This document shows, piece after piece, positions 49,343-62,289 of a stretch of 64,000 nucleotides of DNA. The stretch's first letter is position 1; the number at the start of each line of letters is the position of its first letter. The translations under genes and the position numbers were made by a program. The notes below the pieces were generated by a model that worked only from the letters and a program-made list of their open reading frames with translations, ran no database searches and had not been told where the DNA came from. Source of the stretch: Octopus vulgaris (taxonomy: Eukaryota); the NCBI GenBank assembly GCA_951406725.2, contig OX597824.1, positions 36,208,001 to 36,272,000 on the forward strand, read 5' to 3'.

Positions 49343-49968
49343 GAAAGAAAGAAACCAAACTCATCAATAAGACATTTTAACAGAATGTGATGGATGTGTA
49401 TAATTATGAATGGAACGCTATTAAGTTTTTTTTTTTAAAAACTGTTAGAAGATATAATGTCAAAGGTAGCCTATAGAAAGAGGAGGGGTAAAGGAAAGAA
49501 ATATGTAGAAAACTAATAAAGGAGAAATATAGAGCGATATGTGAATTAAAATAAAAGCTTAAAGGCTTGGAAATAGATATATCTAGTTGAAGTTAAATGT
49601 AAGAAGAAAATCAATGTTCAAATTATATAGAATGGTAGATATCACTTATATGAACTAAAAGTATACCTTTAGTTCATATAAGTGATATCTACCATTATAT
49701 ATAATTTGAATATTGATTTTCTTCTTACATTTCACTTCTACCAAATATATCTATTTCCAAGCCTTTAATTCACATATTACTCTATATTTCTCCTTATTAG
49801 TTTTTCTGCTTATTTCTTTCCTTTATCCCTTCTCTTTCTATAGGGCTACCTTTGACGTTATATCTTCTAACGTTTTTAAAAAAAACAACTTAATAGCGTT
49901 CCATTCATAATTATACACATCCATCACCTGTTAAAATGCCTTATTGATGAGTTTGGTTTCTTTCTTTC

Positions 49969-50056
49969 TTTCCCTGATGAGAAGATTACATTGTTTTACA
50001 CCATTTTATTCCTTTTGGAATAATACCAATGTTGTCTTCGAAACATATGCCAGAAG
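49969..50056 (+). ncRNA. Mutated partner hammerhead
   Basis: Same motif but GAAACATATGCC (GUC changed to GCC) and a stem I mismatch. Confidence 0.65.
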
Positions 50057-50099
50057 TAAAAGAATTTGAATAACACCTGCGTTTAACTCCATTTATTTA

Positions 50100-50131
<32 letters not shown>

Positions 50132-52877
50132 CACATACACACATATATATATATATATCATATCCCTCTACCAAATTCCTGCAGTTTCCTTCAGTTACTT
50201 TCATTATCACTAAATTAACTTCTAGCAGGAAGAAAAATGCAAGAAGATGCAGTACAAATGTTTACCAATAATGATGCTAAAGTTTTCAGAAGGCCAATAT
50301 TTGTCTCATTATAACAGCAAGAATTTTTGTACAGATTCCTGAAGATGTTGAAGTACTGTTGGGAATATCATAGTCTTTGATGATCTTCCTTAGTGATTCC
50401 ATGTGGATGTTCTTAAAGGCCTTTTAAGCTCCATCAAATAATCTGACAAAACTTGCTAGAACTCTATGTCCCATTCTATGATGTTTCTCAATGGGAAAAA
50501 TTTGCTCAGTAATGTGTAAATGGACCTGATACTAAGCTCTTTTTCTGTAAACAGGAGGACTGATCTTTGACAGATTAAGTTTCTGTTATTTTTGGAGCCT
50601 GCAAACTCCCTGACAATGAGGTACAGTATTATAGTATCATTCCTACAACCTATGTTTTCTGCTTCTTGCAACTATCTTTCCTGTTATTCCTTTTTGTCAG
50701 TTTTGCCATGCCACTTTACCGAGCAGTCTAATTTCTAGTATTCTACAGCAATTTATTCTCTCTCCTCTGCTGGTATTTCCTCCTGTTTTACACAATCCCA
50801 CAAAGACCAGTTAAGTTCCATGATCCTTCTCTTTCACCCTAGACCATCCTTTGTAATTGCCCTCTTTTCTACATGTTACCTTGAACAAAGACCACATAGA
50901 GCAGTGAGACTTTTAAGACAAGGCGCTTCACATATATCACAAATCAACATGGTCCTCTGTCATCAACTTCATCAGATATGACATCTTGAGATCATTTGTT
51001 ACTACACTGTTCCAAGTCTTTCAGCACTCAACCCTATCTTTATGCAGCTGTCCTCCATACACAGCACCTGCCCATACAAGTGCAGTCCTGCTGTACACAA
51101 CATCTGATTTTTCTTTTACTCTGTCACTCAGTTCATCATTCAAGTTCACTAACATGACACAGGGTTACATGGTGGTATAGATACATTTTTAATTCTTTCT
51201 TTCTCCATTATAATTGCATGCACCAAGCCTCCCACTGAATATAAATAATATCCCCAATGTGAAAATGAGCTATATTCCCAAGGACACAACTTCATTACTC
51301 CAACCAACCGACAAAGGCATATTATCAGAAAATAATTTTGAAACAACATTTTGAGAAAATATTGAAGAATTTTTAGCAAAGAGTTTAAATAAATCAATTA
51401 ATATTGAAAAGCTATTCCGCAACCATTAAAAAATTTTTTTTATTATTATCAGATGTCTGCAATTGTGAAACAGAGAAAACATATGCATTTACTACATTAC
51501 AAATTCCATATTTCAAAAAATCTTGCTGTGATGAAAAATTCTGTGGTGCAATATCTGTTTATCATTGATTTCAAAGTTATAAATTGAGATGTGTTTTTAA
51601 TGGAATATGAAAATAAGGGCTAAAACAAGGAATACACCTATTTTGATGTGAGAATATATTAACACTTTAGTATTCAGATCACTCTGTCAAATATAATGCT
51701 TATTTATTCATATTTTTTCGAATTAATTCTACTTTATTTCGTGGCTTTGAGATTTCAATGATGTCATCATCATCATCGTTTAATGTCCGTTTTCCGTGCT
51801 AGCACGGGTTGGATGGTTGGACGGGTTGGATGTGATTGTTTATTTTTAGAATAACATTGTAAGGTAGGTTTGAGAGGCTGGATATAGCCAGTTTGAACAC
51901 AAAACAGGTAGAATAGCGCCAAGTATGGCTGGTTTAAATGCTAAACGGTTAATTAAAAAAAAAAAAAATATCCACATTATACAGTCTCTATGTATAAAAA
52001 GAATTGAAGAGAAATGTACAACATAAAAATTACAAGAGGTGTTTATAATGAGTTCAGTTCCTACACTGCAGTGTACAAAGAGATGCTACATTCTAAATGA
52101 GTAATGACAATATATAAGTTATTTACTCCTGCTGCTGAAGATAGTGCCCCTCTCCCTTCAATGAACTCTCATTACACCTTCCCCAATTACACAGTTATTA
52201 ACATTATTTGTAATCTGCACACACTGTACTATATTATGGTAGTTTTATTATTTCCTGCACTATTTATATACATACTGTATAGAGTGTGTGTGTGGTTAAC
52301 AATTAATATATACATGCATAAAAGTGGTCATATTCCTTGTTCTTACTTTTTTTTCTATGAAAATTCAGTTAAAACCCATCTCATGGATATTGACCCTTTT
52401 GTTACCATATTCCTTTTGAAATATACTTTGCTTCAATTAATTCGGAAAATTATGAAAAATTTATTAAAATAACTTGGTCTATATTAAGCTGGTATTTGGA
52501 ACATAAATTAACATGAAATCTTAATGAAAGATTTTCATTTAGATCACTTTAAGACATGAATTTTGGATTAAAAAATCTGGGGTGCTTTGGGGCAGATTGG
52601 TATTCGAAAGGTTAATAGTAAAATAGATTTCACAGAATTTCACGTGATAGCAAAATGTCGAGGAACACAGAATTCTGTAATGTGGGTGATGCCATTATTT
52701 TCTCTATATTTCTGTGGTTAAGTATATCTCAACTGGCAATTGGAGATGCAAGACAAAATGGTTAGCTGAATGGTATTTCGATATAAATTGATTTCTTTAA
52801 ACATCCTGCAAAAGCTTCATCAATATTTTCTTAAAATTTTGAGATTCAAATTTGATATGTTTAAAAAATTTAGTAAA

Positions 52878-53028
52878 TTAGTCCCTGAACCGCAGTACTA
52901 AACAATTACAGCTCTCTTCTTGTTTAAGACCAAACTTATTGTAGAAAGGTATCAGTTCCATTTTACATTCTAAGGAGATCTTATAGCAACCCAGCTTTTG
53001 ACTTCTTTCAATTAAGATATCAACCAAC
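52878..53028 (-). CDS. GNPNAT1: Glucosamine-6-phosphate N-acetyltransferase, terminal exon
   Basis: LVDILIERSQKLGCYKISLECKMELIPFYNKFGLKQEESCNCLVLRFRD*; GNA1 motif CYK..LEC..FY.KFG. Confidence 0.95.
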
Positions 53029-54594
53029 CTGTTGAGGAAAAAATAACAACAGATGTAAATTAGAAAGCAAGAATTATTTATCAATTAATTGGGCTTGTTT
53101 AATCTACATATATTTGAGAGAAATGAAATAGAACAAACTGAAATGTTGGCCAAACAGTTGCAGGGTTTCCAGAAACAGTAATTTATATTGGCAAAGAAAC
53201 AAATGGTATTGTTTTCATTAATTTACTCTTTGGCTACAAGACTCAGCCACTGATCAGCTGAACATTTAGAAGCTGACACCTCCTAGGTCAAGGAAAATAG
53301 GGAAATTAGCTATTGGATTCTTGTTTTAGTTTATCTTATTATACTATAGAAACTTAATTAGGTTTGAGGTTCTGGTGGTTCTAGACAAAATAAACTCTTA
53401 AACTATTGTAGCAGATCTATAAGGAGCAGCTGATAAGAATGTGCTGAGAAAGAAAAACAAACATTTGGTGAAACTGGGCTCTTACTGTGTGGCTGATATA
53501 AGAATCTCAAAGACATTCTGTCACACCCAACAGAGATCTGACATTGTTCAAAGTAAACCTGTTGAAAATCCTTAATAATTAGTGTTATGTGTTTCTGGTC
53601 AATCAGTTTTGGTTTGGTTAGTGACAGTATTAAATGACCAGGTAATTTGATAAAAATACCAGTATTTTACCAACATTATTAATAAGGATCTATCAATGGA
53701 AGCATCTGCAACTGAAACAAGTGTATTAAAAACAGAAGTTCGCCAGACTCTAAAAATCAAGTCCTTCGGAAATCTATATTGCAAATAAATTCAGAAATAT
53801 TATTATATTATTATTGTTGTCATTATTATTGTTGTTGTTGTTGTTGTTATAATTATTATTATGCTAGTAAATACTAATTTAGTTAGCAGGTATGTCTCCA
53901 CAAATCTCAAGAATTTCCTTAGGGTTCTTATAGAATATAGGATGGTACTTTTCTGCAGGTTATCATTGCCGTTTTTCCCTCAACCTTTAAAGCACAAAAC
54001 GACCACTAAAAGTTCTCCCTAAATGTCTAACTATTTGAACAACATTGATGTAACAAGAAACACAGAAATCATTTCCTATTTCTAAAAGATTGTATAGGTA
54101 GAAGAAATATCTAAAGAGTAAATATTTTCTAGTAATTTGAGTCATCATCATCATCATCATTTAACGTCCACTTTCTATGTTGGCATGGACTGGACGATTT
54201 TACTGAGGACTGGCGAACCAGATGGCTGCACCAGGTTCCAATCTGATCTGGCAGAGTTTCTACAGCTGGATGCCCTTCCTAACGCCAACCACTCCAAGAG
54301 TATAGTGGTTGCTTTCATGTGCCACCGGCACAAGAGCCAGTCAGGCGGTACTGGCAACGGCCATGCTCAAGTGGTGATTTTTACGTGCCACCTGCACAGG
54401 AGCCAGTCCAGCGGCATTGGCAATGACCTCACTCAAAAAATCCTAAATATCAAAATTTTGAATGCAAAAACACTTAAAAGTCTTTAAGGTTTCCTGGATT
54501 TATATGAAAACAATGTAATGATACGGACATGATGCAACTAAGCTATTAAACAGTTAAAGAAATAAATGAAAAAAAGTCCCTTTATCATACTTAC

Positions 54595-54656
54595 AATTTT
54601 CCTAATTGTTGCCCCCGGTAGTCATTTTTAATAACTACATCTTCTATTCTTCCACG
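54595..54656 (-). CDS. GNPNAT1: GNPNAT1 coding exon
   Basis: RGRIEDVVIKNDYRGQQLGK(L); GNAT acetyl-CoA motif A; 62 nt with AG/GT boundaries. Confidence 0.97.
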
Positions 54657-54982
54657 CTAAAAAAACAAACAAAATAATTACTTGATACAGAAGGGATTTA
54701 TAGTAAAATTTCGTATTTTATGAAAATCAAAACTATACTCGAAATTAGCAGTTTAAACACTATTATAATAGAGGTTAGATAATGGTTGTGAATAGCCTAG
54801 CTAAAGATATGGGCCAAAAATTGATAACATTATGCATTATATATATATAAACATTTAAATAATGAGGGAGATAAATTGATTAATTTAATTAATATCAATT
54901 TAAAACCAGTAGCCTAGCATACAAAAATCTGAAAAAACAGAGAAAATTCTAATACATATGTATATTTTAAGGTTTTTAGCCC

Positions 54983-55046
<64 letters not shown>

Positions 55047-56637
55047 AGAGAGAGAGAGAGAGAGAGATGGATACAGAGAAGAGAAAGTGAAAGATGTATG
55101 AACATGTATATGAAATGGATGTTCACTCACTCTCTCTCTCTCTTTCTCACACATGCACATGTACATACAAAAAAGATGTAAACATATGTATTGATGCATG
55201 TATGTATACATGACAACACCCACTTCACTCACTCTCTTTTTTTTCTCGCTCTCTCTCTCTCTCTCTTTCACACATACACATCCACTTCATATACACATAC
55301 ATACGTCTTTCACTTTCTCCTCTCTTTCACTTTGAAACATAGGTAAAGAAATAAAGATTTTTGACGGAAATTAATAAACTCTGGATGACAAGCGAAAGAT
55401 TGACATTCACTTGAAAATAATTAAAAAAAACATAAAAATATAAATACTAACAGTACAAACAACTTACATTTTTGAAATCACATTCAGTTAAAAATATTAC
55501 CAAATGATTAAACTGTTGTGTATGTCAACGTTTTTTTTCATAGAGAGTGCAAAGACTATGTGTGTGTGTATATGTCACAGATAGCAGACGTGTTTGTGTT
55601 AATTGACAGCCATGACATTCATTATATGTGTGTGTGTGCTCTGTGTGTGTATGTGTTGACGTCACAAGAAGCCATGTTTTTTTTCCATCAAGAAAAAAAT
55701 TTGTACCTCCTCTACCTCCACCCATCTCTAACCATCTGTCATTTTCACTCTCCTGTCACTTATGAACCCCCACCTCTCAAATAGTCCATCGTCACTTCTC
55801 TTTCTCTCTTGCAAATAACTTGGCAACTTCACTAGTGTTGGTACCACAATTAATGCACCCAATACACCCTGTAAAGTGGTTGGCATTAGGAAGGGCAACT
55901 AGCCATAAAAACCATTCCAAAGCTGATACTGGAGCTCAACATAGCTCAGGCTTGCTGTATCCTGTCAAGCTATCCAACCCATGCCAGCACTGAACATAGA
56001 CATCAAATGACAGTGATGATTGGAGGAGGGCCTCTTCAGTCATGACTGACCATGGGATTGTACATAGAAAGTTCCCCTATGAGGCATAGTCCAGGAAAGG
56101 TTGTTTATAGAAGATCAGCAGTTGCCCGTGCTTACCAGCCTCCCCTCTCCATGCCGCTGATGTTATCCACTGGAAAGGCAAAGACTGATACAGCTTGGCA
56201 CCAATGACATTGCAACTCATTTCTACAGCTGAGTGAACTGGAGCAACAAGAAATAAAGTGTCTTGCTCAAGAACACAACATACAACCTGGTTTGGGAGTC
56301 AAACTCACTACCTCATGATTGTGAGCCTGAGCCATGTACCTTTTTTATAAGTGACATTATTTGGAAGTATAATTAAAAGCCAACTAGCTTGAAACATCAG
56401 TGTCTGGGAATCTTGACAGATGGCGACACTGCAACTTTTTACCATGACAGAAATATTTTCTCTACGATAACTGCAGTGTATTTACCTTTCAACTGTTGAA
56501 ATATGTCACAAACATTTTAACTAACCTAAAATTTGCTTATACCTAAAACTGCTTGGAGCTAATAATTCATTATAATTAAAAGTGAATTAAGTACGACATG
56601 ACTGAAAATGAAAAGATAAGGAATTAACCATACTTAC

Positions 56638-56768
56638 ACTTGAGGTATTGTGAATAAATTTCTGTTCAATAACAAGCGTAGCACTGCCAATTATTAACCC
56701 CGTGCTCGTATCTTCTATCACAACTATATAATATGTGTTAGAACAAGACTTCATGGAATTAAATCGAG
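56638..56768 (-). CDS. GNPNAT1: GNPNAT1 coding exon
   Basis: RFNSMKSCSNTYYIVVIEDTSTGLIIGSATLVIEQKFIHNTSS; 131 nt. Confidence 0.97.
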
Positions 56769-57678
56769 CTAGAAGTAATTAAAAGAAAAAAAAAAACAAT
56801 ATTAAAAAAATATTAAAAGAAAACTTTGTTCTTAGGATCATTTTCAGCATGTCATTATGGTATAGGGTACACATATATATATATATGTGTATGAAGGTGT
56901 ATAGCCTAGTGGCAATGGTGTTGCACTCATGATTGCTAGATCATGGGTCTGATTCCTGGACTGGGTGGTGTGTTGTGTTCTTGAGCAAAACACTTCATTT
57001 TACGTTGTCCTGTGGGTGGAAGTGAGGCAGAATCATCGGCATGTCAGTAGAAATGTTTGTGGCTCTTTACATTCTGAGTTCAAAGCCTAGTACTTATTCT
57101 ATCAGTCTATTTTGCCAAACTGTTAAGTTACGGGGACGTAAACACACCAGCATTGGTTGTCAAGTGATGTTGGGAGAGGGGGGGGGACAAACATACAAAC
57201 ATATACACACACATACATATATATACATATATACGACGGGCTTCTTTCAGTTTTTGTCTACCAAATCCACTCACAAGGCTTTGGTCGGGCTGAGGCTATA
57301 GTAGAAGACGCTTGCCCAAGGTGCAACGCAGTGGGACTGAACCCAGAACCATGTGGTTGGTAACCAAGCCACTTAACACACAGCCACTCCTGCACCTATA
57401 TATATAGACATATATATATATATATATATCATCATTGTTTAACGTCCGTCTTCCACTCTCAACAAGGATAGCTGGTCCCTCTGTTGGGTTCCTATAGGGG
57501 AGATTGCCTTTTCCCCATTCATTATCCACATTTAATAGTCTTTCATAATAGCACTTCCACGTGTATTTCTTTTCAGAGTCATTAAGTGCAAGCATACCAT
57601 TATTCAGCTATACACACTTTTCACCCACAACATCTCAATTCTTCTTGGCACATTGACTAGTGATCCCAAACACCTCTT

Positions 57679-58122
57679 GGAATTTTTCGGTTTGAACAGC
57701 AGTTTTTAACATAATTTCTAGGTAACTAAAAAATTTTAAACTTCGTATACAGGTAGAATGTGTTTATAAAACATCTTTTTCTCTTGGCTTTATTGAGAAA
57801 ATTCTATAGTTTGTAAGATATTTGTTGTTTTTTTCTTCTTCAATTTCTGCAATTTCAACCAATCACTGACACTATTGAGGTAAAAAAACATGTGCCGTAT
57901 GAATATGTCTCTCATTTAAGAAAGATTGGGTTTATTTACATTTGTGAAGAAAAAAAAGATATCCTTCCTCCTAACCCTAACTAACCCTAACCGTAGAGCA
58001 GATTGAAATTCCATGCTAGCATGGAAAGCAGACGTTAAACGATGATGATGATGATGATACTAGAGTCATAATTATGGGTGATAATTTCATAGAAAAAACT
58101 GCCGTTCAAACCGAAAAGATCC
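57679..58122. mobile_element. MITE with GG-starting ~28-bp TIRs and an 8-bp TSD (Merlin/hAT-like), nested in an RTE fragment
   Basis: GGAATTTTTCGGTTTGAACAGCAGTTTTT...AAAAACTGCCGTTCAAACCGAAAAGATCC; TSD CACCTCTT at 57671..57678 and 58123..58130. Confidence 0.85.
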
Positions 58123-58423
58123 CACCTCTTATCTCTGATCCTTACACTGAAAGACATTGGTTGTTCTCTTTGTTTCTGCTTGTGCTCTTACTAGCTAAAT
58201 CTGTTGCAAGGCTTCCCTTATAGCTACCTGATATGGTTCTTTGCTATCTCCATTTTCTCACTCTTTCCTTTTATGATCCTGTCTATCTCACTGTTCCACC
58301 ATCATGACACCTTTGGTCTGGTAGAAGCTTTGCTCTTACCACAGGTAGTAATTATGTTAGAAAACAATAGTGAATTATTGAAGGACATCACACAGCAGAT
58401 GTGATTGTAAACACTGATCTTAC

Positions 58424-58486
58424 CTTGGAATTGTTCATACGAAATATCTCCAACTTTAGTTAACTCGGATAACAACTTCAAATAAC
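58424..58486 (-). CDS. GNPNAT1: GNPNAT1 coding exon (no first coding exon found; probably beyond the window)
   Basis: (G)YLKLLSELTKVGDISYEQFQ(A); 63 nt, phase 1/1. Confidence 0.93.
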
Positions 58487-61433
58487 CTGATAAAAAAGAG
58501 AAGAAAATATGTTAAGCTTTTACATTTTGTTAGCAAAATTCCTGATGTGAATGCATGAGCTGAAACAGATTTTTTGTATCTTCAGAAGTTTACTGGAAGG
58601 AAGAAGGACACTGTCAGACATGTGTACCCTTAACATAGTTCTCAGGGAGATATGTGATACACTGAAAGTGACAAGGCTGGGCCTTTGAATTACAGGTAAA
58701 ATTCAGTTTTATCAGCTGAGCTGACTGGAGCAATGTGAAATAAAGTGTCTTGCTCAAGGACACAATGTTCCACCAGGAATTGAACTCATGATCTTACAAT
58801 CGTGAGCCAAACACCCTAATTACAAATCTATGCGCCTTCACTATTTAACCAATCAACTACTTGATTATTTGATTAATTATTCAGTTAATCGATCAATCAG
58901 TTATGTTTATTAAAGTCCTTTCATTGCCATTTGCAAAGCTCTTCAATGAAATGCTCTCTCTACTCCAGCTCAAATAATTGATTAGTTACTTGGTTAAATA
59001 GTTAATGAATTGACCAATATTAAAGCTGTGAAGTAGAACCATTGTTTGTTTATTATTGGCACAATGACCCTCCCAAGATGCAACAAAAATATGTAAAACT
59101 TACTGATATTTAGAAAAAGGAATGGCTGATTGTGATAAAAAAGGGAAAAATAAATAAAGTGAAATGAACAAATATTGAAAATTTGCAAAGAGAAGGAAGA
59201 ATAATAAGGAAGATAGTGATTAGTATTTGATATTGTTGGATGGTTCACAACTAACTCTGGTGAGGTGCAGGAGTCAGGAAGGCCCAAACAACAACCAACA
59301 TCATTTTCAGTCTAGCAGCTGAGAAGTTTGCGCTGGAGAAGAAAGTAGTGAAACCTTTCCACATTATGAGTAAAAGAGCCAGTAAAATCCATCAGCTCAG
59401 GTTTGGGAGTTTAAGGGTTAAGTACAAGGGGGTTAATGTGCCTCTCTTCCACATCCACCCTTACCTGCAGAGACTTGAGGAGCTAAGGATTTGGGCTTGC
59501 ATAAGTTTCAAACCAGTCAAGTTTGAAGCAGGGTTAGCAACAAGTTCATCTTGGTTGATATCATACAGATAGTACCAACAAGAAACCAGAGAAGAGTCTG
59601 TGAAAGGTGTTTGATGGTAGCCTGAATGGTACAGCATCCATAGCCAAAAACTGGAAGCCTACTAGGCATGTTTAACCCTTTCGTTACCAACCCGGCCAAA
59701 ACCGGCTCTGGCTTTGTAGTACAAATGTCTTGTTTTCATAAGTTTTGCATCAAAATATACCACCAAACCTTAGTCACAATTTATATTCCTAACACTAGCT
59801 TAATGATAACTAAGTTATTTTACTAAATTCTTTTTTATATTTAAAATAATTGAAATAAACACAGTAACGAAAGGGTTAAGACTTGGATTTACAAACATGA
59901 CATCCTCCCAGATTCATGTATTCTTTGGTCACCATTAGTATATGAGGTCCAGATAATGACAATCGGGGGCTTTGGGGAGGAGGTCAGCAGATTCTTACAG
60001 AAATGACAAGAACTGAGCAGAATAATAACACAAATTTCCCCACCGGTAACCCGAAAAAAGAATTTGTAGTATCCATGTTGGAAAAGTACTGCAATGTTAA
60101 GAGTTCTGCAATGTAGAAGTCTGTTGGGTTGATACTGAAGTCAGGATAAAATGGAAATGAAGAGCAGATGAAGAGAATCACATCTAAAGCATGGATTGCT
60201 GGTGGATGTAGTACCATGTGGAAAGGTTGACCTGGGTAGCAACACTACACCTCACTGTGACAAGTTGTAAGAAAAGAGTGGGTGATTACTGATCTGCAAC
60301 GAGGTGTGAGTATTAATTGAGGAGTAAGCAAGCAAGAGGGTTAGGGTGAGACACCAGTGGTGACATGCAAAGTGTCATAGTCTGAGCTTTAATGAGTGGA
60401 ACCCCACTAGACAGAATTATTGATTTAAGCAGACTACATCATTCTAGTGAGTCCATCCAACTTGTTCTGCTGGATAAAGGTAGAGTTATCAGATTTCACT
60501 CTGTGCATAATAAGGAGTACATCCTCAACTGTTGTCAAAAAACCCGGGAAGAAGGGATGCTACCACCAGTATCAAGACCAGATCCAGTACCCAATGAAGA
60601 AACCTATTGCTTTTGTCAAAGCTGATGTGAATATGATACCAATTGCCAAGATTTCCCCTCAACCTACTAAGTTTACTGGCAATGGCATAAGACTAAGAAC
60701 TGAAAGTCTACCTGGGAATATAGCTAGGTTGCCAGAAACTGCTGCCTCAACAACATAAAGGTCAAATATGACAACTCACCACTTGCTGAGAAAACCAAAG
60801 TGAGAAGATAAAAGAGAAAAAGAGATCAAAATATGCTGAGCTGGAGAAGTTATGTCAAAACAACAGGTGTCAAGTAAAATGTGAGGGATGCATATAGTTC
60901 ACAGGTGAGTCTCTCCGCAGAGCCTACAACATGAAGAGTATTAACAGGGGACAATAGGTAGAAGAACATCAAGTTGACTATGGAGACAGAAAGGCTTGCT
61001 TCAAGGTGGCTGTGGATCAAGTGTGAGCCATGGATGGAGTAGAGTTAACTGGACTTAAGCTGAAACTTGATCAACCTTAGCTGGGTTACCTGAGTGTATC
61101 TGACTGTTAAAAGAACCAAAATCAATCAATCAATCAGCTCAATGACATGCCCTCCCTACTCCAGGTCTCCTTCAGGCCTGTCTCTTGGTTTAAAGCTTCT
61201 TTGTATGTATTTTTATAAGGATATGAATGAGAGAGAGTCTGTGTGAATGTGGAGTGAATAATGTGAGTGTGTGAGAAAGAATATGTGTCCACATGTCTGT
61301 ATGTATGTATACATATGTTCATATACAGTGTGGATTCAGTGAAATATGTCAGTAGTTAAACTTTTAATTCTATATTTATTTATCTATTTATTTTATAGTT
61401 TATGATTTTTAAACAGACTAACTGTGTATAGGT

Positions 61434-61472
<39 letters not shown>

Positions 61473-62289
61473 CATTTAAGTCCAGTCACTTTACTTATTT
61501 TGGGGATAGAGAGTGTCTTTCTCAATGTTCAAAAGAGAGCAGCAAAATAATTAAAAGGATTAAATTAATAATACTGTTTAACTAATCAAACAATATTTCT
61601 ACAAGACATATACATCCTGCACATTTTCCAATTAGATATTATTAATTAACTTTCTGATGGTACAAAGATAAAGTTAAAGCAATGAACACTTTCACTACTA
61701 CCAGATAGTATGGGTCAAATCACAATTTAATGGTTCTTCATGTCTCATTTTAATAACTCAACAAAACAAGAGACTACCATCATCACTCGTAAATACAAAG
61801 CATTTTTTTACTCATAAATACAAAGCATTTTTTCATAAACACGCCGACGGGAAATAACATCATTAGGTGAGACAAGCTGACTGACAGGTGACGGTCATTT
61901 AGAAAAAGCGCGGGCTAAAACTACGTGCCTTCACTAGTCAGTTAAGGTGAGACAGTGTCACGTGACAACTTGCTGGGGCTGCCTGCTGGAGCCTATGCGG
62001 CACGTATTTAAAGGGAAAAATTTGACAAGACAGTCAGTCACCAGCTGACACTAGCTGACGATACATCGAAGAGGCCAAGGAACAGAAGAAAGAAGACATG
62101 CACCCAACACCAGAGCTGAAGACACCTCTGAAAGTGGGGGCCCCACCACGTCAAAATGGTAGAGGAGTAGGGGCCGAAACCGGACATGATTCCTCCTGAC
62201 GATGTCTTGAGCTAACTGGATCCTATAAAGGAGCTGTTGTGGTAGCAGACCACGAAATACGGTTGTAATTCCTTGCATACACATGAAAC

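Larger units (their letters stand above)
49203..50115. repeat. ~910-bp near-perfect palindrome (hammerhead-bearing PLE-type insertion)
   Basis: Centre GTATAC at 49661..49666; arms of about 455 bp with few differences. Confidence 0.92.

Noticed and set aside
55468-55512. In-frame 45-nt cassette exon in GNPNAT1 (FNHLVIFLTECDFKN, good GTAAGT donor)
   Set aside because: The acceptor has no polypyrimidine tract, there is no homology, and it would disrupt the GNAT core; needs RNA-seq
27980-58486. Cornichon-GNPNAT1 linkage as conserved synteny (human CNIH1 and GNPNAT1 are both on 14q22)
   Set aside because: This gene is CNIH4-type, an ancient paralog, so the resemblance is not evidence without a synteny analysis
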